A DNA stretch of 64,000 nt from Phycisphaerae bacterium (GCA_016927755.1 JAFGLZ010000262.1:3383-67382); one strand, 5' to 3'. Shown: positions 18,795 to 29,152, counted from the stretch's first letter. The notes: a model not told the origin generated them from the sequence alone. A program made the numbers and translations.

Positions 18795-20744
18795 CTAATC
18801 GGAGGGTGGCGGGACGTTTGAGGCGCCGGGGTCCGGGCCGGCGTATTCGGGAACGATCTCGGCGAGGCGGACGCGAATGGCCTTGGCATCGCCGCTGCAA
18901 GCCAGTTGAACGAGGTCCTCGATCGCCCGGCACACGGTGGCGTGGTCCTCGGCACGATGTCGCCAGATGCCGATCTTGGCGTGCGGGGTCGGGGCGACGT
19001 CCTCGCCGCGGATGTTGAGCTCCTCGAAGAGCTTCTCGCCGGGTCGGATGCCGGTATACCGGATCTCGATGTCCTCGTCGGGCCGGAGCCCGCTCAGCGT
19101 GATGAGTTCGCGGGCAAGATCGACGATCTTGACCGGTTCGCCCATGTCGAGCAAGAAGATCTCTCCTCCTCGACCGATGGCTCCGGCCTGGAGGGTTAGC
19201 TGGGTTGCCTCGGGGATGGTCATGAAGTAGCGGACCATGTCCGGGTGCGTAACGGTTACGGGACCGCCGGCAGCGATCTGGCGTTGGAAGACGGGGACGA
19301 CGCTCCCGCTGCTGCCGAGGACGTTTCCGAAGCGGACGGTGACGAATTGGGTGGGGCCGTCGGGGCTGAGCTGTTGGATATACATCTCGGCGACGCGCTT
19401 GGTGCATCCCATGACGCTGGACGGATTGACAGCCTTGTCTGTTGAGATCAGGACGAACTTCCGACAGCCATGGGCCAGGGCGGTGTCTGCAAGGTACTTT
19501 GTGCCCAAGATGTTGTTCTTGGCGGCCTCACCTGGATTCTCCTCCATGAGGGGGACGTGCTTGTGGGCGGCCGCGTGGAACACCACGTCGGGGGATTCCA
19601 CGTCGAAGATCTGGCGCAGCCTGGCTTCGTCGCAGACGTCGGCGATATACGCCTGGACGTCCGCATCGGGATGCGCTTCCCTCAGTTCGCGATCGACCTC
19701 AAAGAGGTTGTTCTCGGCCTGCTCGATGAGGACGAGCCGGCGCGGGGTGAACTTCAGGATCTGGCGGCACAGCTCGGAGCCGATCGACCCGCCGGCGCCG
19801 GTGACCAAGACCCGCTTGGATCGGATGTAGTGCTCGATGGTCTCGACGTCGAGCGCGACCTCCTCACGGCCGAGCAGGTCGCTGATTCGGACCTCTCGAA
19901 GCTGGCTGAGCGTCAAGTCGCCTCGAATCAACTCGTCCGGGCCTGGGACCATGCGGAAACGGACGGCGGCGCCCCGGCTGGCCTCGACGACCTTTCGGAG
20001 CTGTCTCTGGTCCGCCTCGGGAAGCGCGATGAGGACCTCATCCACGCCACGGGCCGCGCAGACCTCGCCCACCTGATCCGTCGTCCCCAACACGTCCACG
20101 CCGTGAATGCGCGCCCGTCGGAGGGCGGGGGCGTCGTCCAGGAATCCGACAACTCGATAGCGTTCCACGGGCATCCGCAGGATTTCCCGAAGGATCATTT
20201 CGCCGGCGTCGCCCGCGCCGACGATCAGGAGCTGGACGGGGCCGCCGGAGGCGACCGGTCTGAATTCCTCTCGGTAGAGGCGAACGGCGGCGCGAGCGCT
20301 GCAGACCAGTGCGATGGTCAGTCCCCAGTCAAGCACGAAGACAAGCTGAGGTCGTATTGGAACGTCCCTGGGTAGGACGTCCATGTAGTCGATGGCGAAG
20401 TAGAAGATCAGGAATGCGAGCCAACTCACGTAGCTGGCCCAGAACACGGAGACCAGATCTCGGAGTCCGACGTATCGCCACCACCCGCGATAGAGACGGA
20501 ACAGGCCGAAGACGGTCGCCTTGATCGCGATGTTGCAGGGCATCAGCGGGAGCAGATACCTGAGAAAGGCCGGTTCGCCGAAGTGGAAATTGTAGGCCAC
20601 GCCGTAGCTAAGAAGGTAGCTTGCGGTGAACAGGACCTGATAGATGAGAAACGAGAGGGCCAGCGGCTTGAAGGGGGGCCAGCGCCGCCGCCAGCCGCGA
20701 CGTCTGTGATCGGACAGGGCTTCCTCTCGAGTCGAATCGGTCAT
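18795..20744 (-). CDS. Membrane nucleoside-diphosphate-sugar 4,6-dehydratase (CapD/PglF/WbpM type)
   Basis: Four TM helices. Motifs: GAGDAG, DLLGR, VTGAGGSIGSEL, HAAAHKHVP, STDKAVNP, RFGNVLGSSGSV, MTIPEA, RPGEKL. Confidence 0.95.
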   Translation of the reverse strand: MTDSTREEALSDHRRRGWRRRWPPFKPLALSFLIYQVLFTASYLLSYGVAYNFHFGEPAFLRYLLPLMPCNIAIKATVFGLFRLYRGWWRYVGLRDLVSVFWASYVSWLAFLIFYFAIDYMDVLPRDVPIRPQLVFVLDWGLTIALVCSARAAVRLYREEFRPVASGGPVQLLIVGAGDAGEMILREILRMPVERYRVVGFLDDAPALRRARIHGVDVLGTTDQVGEVCAARGVDEVLIALPEADQRQLRKVVEASRGAAVRFRMVPGPDELIRGDLTLSQLREVRISDLLGREEVALDVETIEHYIRSKRVLVTGAGGSIGSELCRQILKFTPRRLVLIEQAENNLFEVDRELREAHPDADVQAYIADVCDEARLRQIFDVESPDVVFHAAAHKHVPLMEENPGEAAKNNILGTKYLADTALAHGCRKFVLISTDKAVNPSSVMGCTKRVAEMYIQQLSPDGPTQFVTVRFGNVLGSSGSVVPVFQRQIAAGGPVTVTHPDMVRYFMTIPEATQLTLQAGAIGRGGEIFLLDMGEPVKIVDLARELITLSGLRPDEDIEIRYTGIRPGEKLFEELNIRGEDVAPTPHAKIGIWRHRAEDHATVCRAIEDLVQLACSGDAKAIRVRLAEIVPEYAGPDPGASNVPPPSD

Positions 20745-20909
20745 CGGTTCGGCGGCGCCAATCGAGACCACACGGGAGCACGCTGCACACTTAGGCCGAC
20801 ACGCTTCTCAGACGCGGGTCTTCCGTGGCACCCACCTCGAACGAACACGAGACGCGGCCAAGACGTCCTCACCGGCTGCTCAGCCCGGGAACACGCGGTC
20901 GCCCCGGCG

Positions 20910-21995
20910 TCAGAGGGCGGGCCATTCACTTGAAGTCTTCTTGTCCTGCTTGGATTCCGACTGCTCGGTCTTTCCTTCGCCGGGCGACTCCAGCGCCTGT
21001 ATGATATTGACCCAAGCCAACTCCTGCGGCACCTCGGCAGCGGCTTGCTTGATCTGGCCGAGAGCGCGTTGACGATCCCCTTCAGTCCACGCGACGTATC
21101 CGAGCAGGACGCGAATCATCTCGCCCGCTTTGGTCGTATCGCGGATCTCATCGCGAAACCGTCGGAGGAACTCGTCATAGGCTTCCTGCGATTCGTGCCA
21201 CCTGGCGACGTCGAAGTTCCCGGAGAAGACCCGCGGCGCCGTCCTGCCCAGCAGGCCGATCATCTGTCTGGCTTTGTGGTAGTTGCCAACCATCAAGGCG
21301 ATCTGGATCAAACCGACTTGGGCGTCCGGGTTGCTCCTGTCGATTGTCCTGGCGATCGAGAAGTTGGTTCGGGCGGTGGCATAATCCTTCTTGCGTAACT
21401 GGGCTTGTCCGGCGAGCACACGGCTCGAGAGCGAGCTTTCCACCCAGGTCTCCAACTGGCGAGCTTGCGAGGTGTCCACATTCATCTGCGAGGCCAACGA
21501 CTCTGCCTCCGGGGAGGGCGGCGCCGGAAGAAGACGGAGCACGTTCCGGTTGTTGACAAGCAGGTCGACGACGCTTCGTCGAGGGGGAAGCGGATTTCCG
21601 TAGTAGGACGACAAGCCCGAGGAGAATCCTCTCGATCCGTACTGCTTAGAGCTCGAAGCCGTTCCGTAGGACCACCCACCGCCCGAGGAGAAGCCGGGCG
21701 AGGCTCCGACACCTTGATTGAACTGCCCCGGCGATACGGATTGCCCCATCGCCCCGCTGGCCCTGAGGGAATCCCCGCTCGGGCCGCGCGGCCCCCTTTG
21801 GCTTTGCCTTTGAGCGTGAACGTTAAGGCTCACGCCCGTATTGAAACTGACGCCAGTCTGGCTGGGGCGCGCGGACCAGAGACCGCCTTCGCTGCCGACT
21901 GTCAGTTGTGCCATCGCGGTTCCCGTACAGCCCGTGACGAGAAGCGCGGCAACGGCCAGACGCCTACGGTATCGAATAATGCGGGCGAACACCAT
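20910..21995 (-). CDS. Secreted TPR-like repeat protein with Gly/Ser-rich linker
   Basis: Signal peptide MVFARIIRYRRRLAVAALLV..AMA; helical TPR-like segments in the C-terminal half. Confidence 0.6.
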   Translation of the reverse strand: MVFARIIRYRRRLAVAALLVTGCTGTAMAQLTVGSEGGLWSARPSQTGVSFNTGVSLNVHAQRQSQRGPRGPSGDSLRASGAMGQSVSPGQFNQGVGASPGFSSGGGWSYGTASSSKQYGSRGFSSGLSSYYGNPLPPRRSVVDLLVNNRNVLRLLPAPPSPEAESLASQMNVDTSQARQLETWVESSLSSRVLAGQAQLRKKDYATARTNFSIARTIDRSNPDAQVGLIQIALMVGNYHKARQMIGLLGRTAPRVFSGNFDVARWHESQEAYDEFLRRFRDEIRDTTKAGEMIRVLLGYVAWTEGDRQRALGQIKQAAAEVPQELAWVNIIQALESPGEGKTEQSESKQDKKTSSEWPAL

Positions 21996-22138
21996 GGTTA
22001 GCACCTGCAAGGTCGAATCATAAAGTCTTATAGCAGGGCGACTTGACTTCAAACCGCCCTTGTCATGCCTTTGGGGCTTACGCTGTCCAGCCACGACCAC
22101 CCCAATACAAGTATATCGACTATATTGCGGTGGGACAA

Positions 22139-22660
22139 TTAAGGTCGATCTTCCGGCCGCTCGGACGCTGACGGTGGTGAGGGCGATTCGGTCTTCCCAG
22201 GGCGCGGGTCGGGGGCGATGGCGTCGGAGGGGGTGCCGCACTCGGGGCATCGGGGCTCGGTCAGGCCGCGGAGTTGGTAGCCGCATTCCACACAGATGGG
22301 CACGCCGCTCTTGGCCAATTGCTCGCGCAGCGATCGCCGGATGCTGTAGCGATAGAGCCAGGTCAGCCAGAATCCGCAAAGGGCCAATCCGAGCGGCGCT
22401 GCGAAGGGGGGGTAGTTATTGTGCGGAAACATAGCCTCAGGGGACAGAATGCCGAGGCGCTTCAGGCAATCGAAGCCGACCATGGGAACGACAGCGATCA
22501 CGGCCATAACGACGACGGACGTAGCGAACCCGAGAAGCGCCAACTTCTTCGATACCTGCTTGCGGGCAACCTTGAAGGCCTTGTCACGTTCCTCTTTGGT
22601 CTCGAAGAGCGCCAACTCAGGGAACAGTCGTTTGGAGGCAAACGGTTCTGCCGAGAACAT
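22139..22660 (-). CDS. Small membrane protein with C-terminal zinc ribbon
   Basis: Two TM helices followed by CVECGYQLRGLTEPRCPECG. The start is uncertain (22660 or 22693; the latter lies inside a REP-like element). Confidence 0.72.
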   Translation of the reverse strand: MFSAEPFASKRLFPELALFETKEERDKAFKVARKQVSKKLALLGFATSVVVMAVIAVVPMVGFDCLKRLGILSPEAMFPHNNYPPFAAPLGLALCGFWLTWLYRYSIRRSLREQLAKSGVPICVECGYQLRGLTEPRCPECGTPSDAIAPDPRPGKTESPSPPSASERPEDRP

Positions 22661-22683
22661 GGCTGTTTCCCCTGCTGGCCGGG

Positions 22684-22994
22684 TTTCAGTCATTCCTGAG
22701 GGACTTGGGGAGGGCTCGCCGTCGGTCGGCGAACCCAGGACTGAAGATCCTGGGCTATTATCAGAGCGTTCCAACAGGACGCTGGCAAGTGGCGTTTCGC
22801 TTATTCGAAGCGCGGATGTTCCGCCGATGACCGTGCCATTCGTTGGTCGCCGCCGATCTCGGGGACGATTCTTCGCCCTGCAGGCTGGAATGCGGGTCGA
22901 CGGTACGGCCCCGGACGTTCGGCCTCTCTGGATCGCTCTATCGTTGGTTTCGGCTCGCGAGGACGCTCGCCCTCCCGAAGACGCTTGCCCTTCC
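22684..22994. repeat. Intergenic REP-like elements
   Basis: CCCAGGACTGAAGATCCTGGG (22734-22754) resembles 6339-6358. GGCTCGCGAGGACGCTCGCCCTCCC (about 22952-22976) is followed by a partial copy. Confidence 0.55.
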
Positions 22995-23182
22995 GAGATT
23001 GATGGCTTATGGGTTGGGCTCACCGGGTGGGGCTATTCGCGGATGTCGGCGCCATTGTCTCGGGTTGCCGTGTCCGGTTAGGATGGTCGGGGCGGGTCTG
23101 GTCCAATTCACTACGTTTTCTGGCCCTGGCGGGGTTCGTCGATTCGACGGCGTCCGCGTCGAGGAAGCGAAAGCGGGAGGTC

Positions 23183-24739
23183 ATGAGCATGTGTGCGCAC
23201 GAACACGATTCATGTGGGAAACCGCAGTGCTGTTGCTGCCCCTCGGGGCATGAGATGTCGCGGCGGTCGTTTCTGGGCGGGGTGGGCGGGACGGCGCTCG
23301 GGAGCTTCGCGATGACCGGGCTTACCTGGACGGCGCTGGGCGCGGACGAGGCCGGTGCGGCGCCTTGTCCCGATCGCAAGCCGATCGTCGTCAAGCCCGT
23401 GTTCACGTACGGCACGTACAAGCATCGGGATCAGACGAGTTGGCGTCCGTGGGGGGGCATCGAGACGCAGAAGGACGCGGACGCGGAGATGGCGCGGATC
23501 CGAGGCGAACTAGCCAAGCTCGCCGAGACCGCCGACTTTCCGATGAAGCTCCTGCCGCTGTCCGGTCTGAAGTCCAAGGTCGAGCTCGACAAGATCGGCG
23601 ACCTCGACTCGGCCGATGCGGTGATCATTTACGCAGCGGCCGCGGGGGACGACATCTTTGACGCCATCGCGGCCAAGGGCAAGGACATCATCTTCTTCGT
23701 ACGTCACAAGTCGGGCCCCGTGTATCTGTGGTACGAGATCGTCAGCCCGCGTTATCTTCGCGCCCACACGGACCATCAGGCCAAGGCCAAGGTGACGTGC
23801 AAGGACGTGGTGGTCGACAGCCAGGACGAGATCCTCGTGCGTCTTCGGGCGTTGTGCGGGTTGAAGAACACGATCGGGGCCAAGATCGTGGCGCTCGGCG
23901 GCCCGAGCGGCTGGGCGCATCCGGAGGCGCCGGACCTGGCTCGCGAGCGGTGGAAGCTCGACATCCACACGCTCAGCTACGACGAGTTGGGCAAGTTGAT
24001 CGCCTCGGCGCGCAAGGATTCCAAGGCCATGGCCCGGGCGAAGGAGAAGACGGAGGACTACCTGAAACAGCCGGGGATCACTCTCGAGTGCAAGAAGGAG
24101 TCCGTCCAGAACGCGTACGTGATGGACGACATCTTCCGTCGGGTCATGGCGAGGGTCGGCGCGCGAGCGCTGACGCTCAACAACTGCATGGGGACGATCA
24201 TGAAGGTCTCCGACACGACGGGGTGCATGAACCTGACGTGGCTCAACGACGACGGGTTCGTGGCGTTCTGCGAGTCGGATTTCGTGGTGATCGCCTCCGG
24301 CATCCTGATGAACGGCATCTCCGGCAAGCCGCCGTTCCTGAACGACCCGACGTATCCGCACGACGGCGTCATCACGCTGGCTCACTGCACGGCCCCGCGT
24401 CGAATGAACGGGAAGGACCTCGAGCCGGCGCGGATCATGACGCATTTCGAGAGCGACTACGGGGCCGCGCCGAAGGTCGAGTTCCGAAAGGGCCAGAAGG
24501 TCACCGTCGTCGACCCGGACTTCGCCGAGCAGTGCTGGCTCGGGCTGACCGGTACGGTTGCCGACGTGCCGTTCCTGCCGATCTGCCGGTCGCAGTTCGA
24601 TCTGAAGGTGGACGGGTGCTGCGAGAAGCTGGCAGAGAAGATGCGCGGCTTCCACTGGATGGTGGTCTACGGGGACTATCTCCGCGAGATCGGCTACGCG
24701 TTGAGCAAGACGAAGATGAAGTGGGAGACGCTGGCCTAG
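23183..24739 (+). CDS. Tat-exported L-fucose/L-arabinose isomerase-like protein
   Basis: GGGAGG RBS; SRRSFL twin-arginine motif. C-terminal half has NNCM, GC..L..LNDDG..AFCESD, AHCT, THFES..G and CRSQ, motifs of the FucI/AraA-like fold. Confidence 0.72.
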   Translation: MSMCAHEHDSCGKPQCCCCPSGHEMSRRSFLGGVGGTALGSFAMTGLTWTALGADEAGAAPCPDRKPIVVKPVFTYGTYKHRDQTSWRPWGGIETQKDADAEMARIRGELAKLAETADFPMKLLPLSGLKSKVELDKIGDLDSADAVIIYAAAAGDDIFDAIAAKGKDIIFFVRHKSGPVYLWYEIVSPRYLRAHTDHQAKAKVTCKDVVVDSQDEILVRLRALCGLKNTIGAKIVALGGPSGWAHPEAPDLARERWKLDIHTLSYDELGKLIASARKDSKAMARAKEKTEDYLKQPGITLECKKESVQNAYVMDDIFRRVMARVGARALTLNNCMGTIMKVSDTTGCMNLTWLNDDGFVAFCESDFVVIASGILMNGISGKPPFLNDPTYPHDGVITLAHCTAPRRMNGKDLEPARIMTHFESDYGAAPKVEFRKGQKVTVVDPDFAEQCWLGLTGTVADVPFLPICRSQFDLKVDGCCEKLAEKMRGFHWMVVYGDYLREIGYALSKTKMKWETLA

Positions 24740-24886
24740 GGGGTGTGGATACGTTCCCGGTTTCACGCGTTCTTGGGCCGTGAGCGACCTTCTGCGCCGG
24801 GGCGTTTCGGGTCTAGGGGTTAGGGTCTAGGGGCACCATCGAGTTAGTTTCCGGATGTTCAGCCGGCCCCTTTGGAGGCCGGGCCC

Positions 24887-25696
24887 ATGAGAATCGATGG
24901 TTCGGTGATCGTTCTGACCGGCGCTTCCCGAGGGATTGGGAGGTGCCTGGCCGTGGAGTTTGCGCGCCGCGGCGGCGTGTTAGTGTTGGTGGCCCGGCAG
25001 AGCGAGGCGCTCACTGAAGCCCTATCGGCAGTGCGGGAATCGAGTCCTGACAGCATCGCGATTCCGACGGACGTGACGCAGAGGGAGGCCGTGGAGTCGA
25101 TGGTCGCCGAGGCGTTCGGCCGCTTCGGGCGGGTCGACGTCCTGGTGAACAACGCGGGGCGAGGGCATTTCGGTCCGTTTCTCGAGGTCGCGCCGGACGC
25201 GCTCGACGCGGCGATGAAGGTGAACTTCTGGGGGGCCGTCTATTGCATGAGGGCGGTCGTTCCTCACATGTTCGAACGGCGTCGCGGCGTGATTCTGAAC
25301 ATGGGGGCGGTCGACGGGAAGTTCGGTATCGCGGGGGGTACGGTCGGCTGTTCGTCGAAGTTCGCGATCGTCGGGCTGTCGGAGGCGCTGCACCTGGAGT
25401 TGAGGCCTCGCGGCGTGAAGGTTCTGTTGTTCAACCCTGGGCCCGTGGACACGGAGGCGTTTCGCGAGGAATGGGCGGGGGCTCCGGCGCGGTGGGGGAC
25501 GATGTCTCCGGAGAGGGTGTCGCGCGCGATCGTCAGGTCGATCGAGCGCGAAAGGCCGGAGGTTACGCTTCCGAGGATGCTCGGGCTTGCGGTTCGGCTT
25601 CGGCATCTTGCGCCGTCGGTGTTTCGCTGGTTCGTGGCACGGGCGGTTCCGGCTTCGGCTTGGGGGGAGGCGGATCGTTCGTTGCGGCGCGGATGA
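24887..25696 (+). CDS. SDR-family NAD(P)-binding protein with atypical active site
   Basis: TGASRGIG, DVT, VDVLVNNAG and PGPVDT are present, but YxxxK reads CSSKF. Confidence 0.85.
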   Translation: MRIDGSVIVLTGASRGIGRCLAVEFARRGGVLVLVARQSEALTEALSAVRESSPDSIAIPTDVTQREAVESMVAEAFGRFGRVDVLVNNAGRGHFGPFLEVAPDALDAAMKVNFWGAVYCMRAVVPHMFERRRGVILNMGAVDGKFGIAGGTVGCSSKFAIVGLSEALHLELRPRGVKVLLFNPGPVDTEAFREEWAGAPARWGTMSPERVSRAIVRSIERERPEVTLPRMLGLAVRLRHLAPSVFRWFVARAVPASAWGEADRSLRRG

Positions 25697-25840
25697 CAAG
25701 CAGATCCGTTGGCCTTGGGTGTTTTTGGGCGTGTACAGTGAATTGGCTGGCACGCGTTATCGAGCCGTAGCGGCGCGGCGTATGGAGAGAGGGGCTCATG
25801 AAGCTCGCAGGGCGGGTTCTGCCTGGCAGGATTCGTGTCC

Positions 25841-25866
25841 CCCACGGCTGAAGCCATGGGCCACCC
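25841..25866. repeat. REP-like palindrome CCCACGGCTGAAGCCATGGGCCACCC
   Basis: Identical to 41163-41188; variant at 2820-2845. Confidence 0.8.
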
Positions 25867-25887
25867 AGAATACGTTGGAGTGCGACG

Positions 25888-27351
25888 ATGTTTCATAAGC
25901 AAACACGGCTTCTTCTTATCGGTGTACTAAGTGTATGGGTCCCAATGGCACCCGCCAAGGAAAAGGACAAGCCATTCCGCGCCGGGGCGGCCACGAGCAA
26001 CATTACGCCGCGGCTGGGGATCAGCGTCAACGGGGGGATGTCGGATCGGTCGGCGGCTCACGTTCATGACGAGCTGCACTTTCGGTGCATCGTGCTGGAC
26101 GACGGCAAGACGCGCCTGGCGATCGGGACGATCGATAGTTGTGTCGTTCCGCGCGACGTGATCGACGCGGCCAAGCAGATCATCGAGAAGGAGACGAAGC
26201 TGCCGGCGGACCACGTCCTGATCTCGGCGACGCACACGCATTATGCGCCGACGCTGACGTCGGTGTTCCAGAGCGACCCGGACGAGGCATACCGTGGCTT
26301 CCTGGTCCGCCGGGTCGCCGACGGCGTTCGCCGGGCGATCAACAACCTCGCGCCGGCCAAGATCGGTTGGGCGGTCGGGTCCGAGCCGAACCAGGTCTTC
26401 AACCGGCGCTGGAAGCTCAAGCCTGGGACGATGCCTCCGAACCCGTTCGGCTCGACCGACGACAAGGTCAGGATGAACCCGGGGGTGGAGAACCCGAATC
26501 TCGTCGAGCCGGCCGGCCCGATCGATCCGGACGTGTCGGTCGTGGCGGTCCAATCGCGGGACGGCCGGCCGATGGCGCTGCTGGCGAACTATTCGCTGCA
26601 CTACGTCGGGGGGTGTCCGGGGGATCACATCTCGGCGGACTACTACGGGGTTTTCGCCGACCGGATCCAGCAGCTCCTGAAGGCGGACCGGCTCGCCCCG
26701 CCGTTCGTGGGCATGATGACGAACGGGACGAGCGGGGACATCAACAACATCAACTTCGGCAAGCGTCAGCCCGGCCAGCCGCCGTACGGGCAGATGAGGC
26801 TGGTGGCCGACGCCACGGCCGAGGCCGCATACAAGGCATATGAGGGGATCACGTGGCACGACTGGGTTCCGCTCGACGTTCGTCAGACGAAGGTGGAGCT
26901 TGGGGTGCGCCGGCCGAGCGAGGCCGACGTGAAGCAGGCGCAGGAGATTCTCGCCAAGGCCAAGGGTCGGGCGCTGCGAGGCATGCCGGAGATCTACGCC
27001 AACGAGACGGTGAACCTGGCCAAGTATCCACCGAAGGTCGAGGCGATTCTCCAGGCGATGCGGATCGGCGACTTGGGCATCTGCGCGATCCCGTGCGAGG
27101 TGTTCGCGGAGATCGGCCTGGAGCTGAAGAAGCAGAGCCCTTTCAAGCCGACGTTCACGATCGAGCTGGCCAACGGCTACAACGGCTACCTGCCGACGCC
27201 GGAGCAGCATGCCCTCGGCGGTTACGAGACGTGGCGGGCGCGATCGAGCTATCTGGAGGTCGACGCGTCGACGAAGATCGTGGCCAAGCTGCTTGCCCTT
27301 CTTAGAGAGTGCCATGGGACTGGACAGACGTCCGACGCCGGGCTGAAATGA
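25888..27351 (+). CDS. Secreted neutral/alkaline ceramidase N-terminal-domain protein
   Basis: Signal peptide. Motifs: NITP, HDEL, SATHTHYAP, FNRR, GPIDP, NYSLH, ISADY, PCEVF, ANGYNGYLP, GGYE. Confidence 0.82.
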   Translation: MFHKQTRLLLIGVLSVWVPMAPAKEKDKPFRAGAATSNITPRLGISVNGGMSDRSAAHVHDELHFRCIVLDDGKTRLAIGTIDSCVVPRDVIDAAKQIIEKETKLPADHVLISATHTHYAPTLTSVFQSDPDEAYRGFLVRRVADGVRRAINNLAPAKIGWAVGSEPNQVFNRRWKLKPGTMPPNPFGSTDDKVRMNPGVENPNLVEPAGPIDPDVSVVAVQSRDGRPMALLANYSLHYVGGCPGDHISADYYGVFADRIQQLLKADRLAPPFVGMMTNGTSGDINNINFGKRQPGQPPYGQMRLVADATAEAAYKAYEGITWHDWVPLDVRQTKVELGVRRPSEADVKQAQEILAKAKGRALRGMPEIYANETVNLAKYPPKVEAILQAMRIGDLGICAIPCEVFAEIGLELKKQSPFKPTFTIELANGYNGYLPTPEQHALGGYETWRARSSYLEVDASTKIVAKLLALLRECHGTGQTSDAGLK

Positions 27352-27488
27352 CTGGCGTGCAAGGCGCATCCGAAGCCTCGCGGTTGTAGAATACGATAGG
27401 AAGACAAGGCCTGAGGATTCAGACAGTGTCCAAGCGGCGCTGATGTGCTGTTGCGGTGCCGCGTGACTTCCGGTGAAGGCCCAATTCG

Positions 27489-28691
27489 ATGGCAAAGGGA
27501 CCTCCAGCGTTGGTGACAGCGCGTGTGCTGGAGTGGGCAAGAACCACTCTGGGCCTGTCGCAAGATGAAGCTTCTCGCAAGCTGAAGGTCTCGGTGGAGA
27601 GGCTTGCTCAATGGGAACACGGAGACGCCACTCCCACAGTAGCTCAGCTTCGGAAGCTGGCACACATCTACAAGCGTCCGCTTCCCGTGTTCTTCCTTCC
27701 CGAGCCGCCAGACGATCCGCGTCCTCCGAAGGACTACCGTCAACTGCCCGAGAACCTGTCAAGGGCGCTCTCTCCCCGACTTCGTTTCGAAATCAGACGC
27801 GCGCAGCTTCGTCAAAGCGTTGCCGCAGATCTGTCCGACGTCGAGGGCGCGAGAGTACTTCCTTCGCTTGGATCAGCGTCACTGGACGAGAACGTTACGG
27901 CGCTTTCGCAGCGCATCCGGGATGAGTTGGGAGTCTCACTGGGGGAACAGGCTTCCTGGCGGAATCCTGACAAGGCGTTGAGCGCCTGGATCCTAGCGTT
28001 CGAGGAACAAGGCATCCTCGTATTCCACGCCAGCCAGGTCGACGTGAATGAAATGCGAGGGATGTCTTTCCATGACCGGCGCGCTCCGGCCATCCTCTTG
28101 AATGGGTCGGATTCGCCGAACGGCAGGATCTTCACGCTCTTCCACGAATTGAGCCATCTGCTGCTGGCCGATCCAGGAATCTGCGATCTCTACGACCTTC
28201 GAGAAGGAAGGTCGACGACGAATCGCGTTGAGAGGTACTGCAATCGTTTCGCCGCAGCCTTCCTGGTCCCTGCCGAAGCGATTCGGAACCACCCGATCGT
28301 CGCGAGCCATGACCGAAGCGCTGAGTGGCGAGACGATGAGCTGATGGGGATTCGACGGTACTTCTCCGTGAGCACGGAGGTCGTCTTCAGACGCCTCGTT
28401 GACGTTCAACGTGCTTCGTGGTCTGACTACCTGCTGAGGCGCGAGTCGTTTCTGGCGGGGGCCGAGGAGTATCGGACTGCTGATGCACGGAGGAAGATCG
28501 TTGTGCCTTGGGAGCGGCGCGTGATCAAGGCGAACGGCCGTAGGTTCACCCGGCTCGTCCTTGCGGCCTATGATGACGAAGGGATCACGGGCAGCGATCT
28601 GTCCGAATACCTGTCAGTTGATCTCCGCTACCTGCCGAAGATCGAAGGTGAACTGTACAGGCCTCGACGTTCGGAAGGCTCGTTAGCATGA
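27489..28691 (+). CDS. XRE-HTH + ImmA/IrrE (DUF955) metallopeptidase fusion
   Basis: N-terminal HTH (LEWAR..GLSQ..WEHG..PT..QLRKLA..YKRP). Motifs: RIFTLFHELSH (HExxH), E.YCN.FAA.FL.P, FSVS. Confidence 0.92.
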   Translation: MAKGPPALVTARVLEWARTTLGLSQDEASRKLKVSVERLAQWEHGDATPTVAQLRKLAHIYKRPLPVFFLPEPPDDPRPPKDYRQLPENLSRALSPRLRFEIRRAQLRQSVAADLSDVEGARVLPSLGSASLDENVTALSQRIRDELGVSLGEQASWRNPDKALSAWILAFEEQGILVFHASQVDVNEMRGMSFHDRRAPAILLNGSDSPNGRIFTLFHELSHLLLADPGICDLYDLREGRSTTNRVERYCNRFAAAFLVPAEAIRNHPIVASHDRSAEWRDDELMGIRRYFSVSTEVVFRRLVDVQRASWSDYLLRRESFLAGAEEYRTADARRKIVVPWERRVIKANGRRFTRLVLAAYDDEGITGSDLSEYLSVDLRYLPKIEGELYRPRRSEGSLA

Positions 28692-29152
28692 GATTCTGCC
28701 TCGACACGAGCGCCTTCATCGGTGCCTACGAACGTCACTATCCACCCGACGTGTTCCCGACAGTGTGGGAGGAGATCGACCGTCTGATGTCCGACGGACG
28801 AATCGTCGCTCCCGAGGATGTGCTTCTCGAGATGAAGAAGAAGTCCGATGGCGTTGTGCAGCGTGTTGGCGCGCACAAGAACAGCTTCCTTCCGCTGGAC
28901 GAGAAGGTCCAGGAGTGCCTTCGTGGCATCATGAGCGACTTCCCGGAAGGATTCGTCGACCACCTGAGGAATCGCTCAGGCGCCGACGCAGTCGTCATTG
29001 CGCTCGCGCGGGCACACGGCGACGTCGTGGTCACTGAAGAGAAGCCCTCCGGCAAGGCCGGCAGGCCGAAGATCCCAGACGTATGTGTCCACTATGGGAT
29101 CGAGTGCTGCGGCCTGCTGGAAATGTTCCGGCGACTCAAGAGGGCTTTCTGA
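28688..29152 (+). CDS. PIN-like domain protein (DUF4411 type)
   Basis: Overlaps the upstream stop (ATGA). Motifs: LDTSAFI, YPPDVFP..W, AD..VIALA, VVTEE, KIPDVC. Confidence 0.88.
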   Translation: MRFCLDTSAFIGAYERHYPPDVFPTVWEEIDRLMSDGRIVAPEDVLLEMKKKSDGVVQRVGAHKNSFLPLDEKVQECLRGIMSDFPEGFVDHLRNRSGADAVVIALARAHGDVVVTEEKPSGKAGRPKIPDVCVHYGIECCGLLEMFRRLKRAF

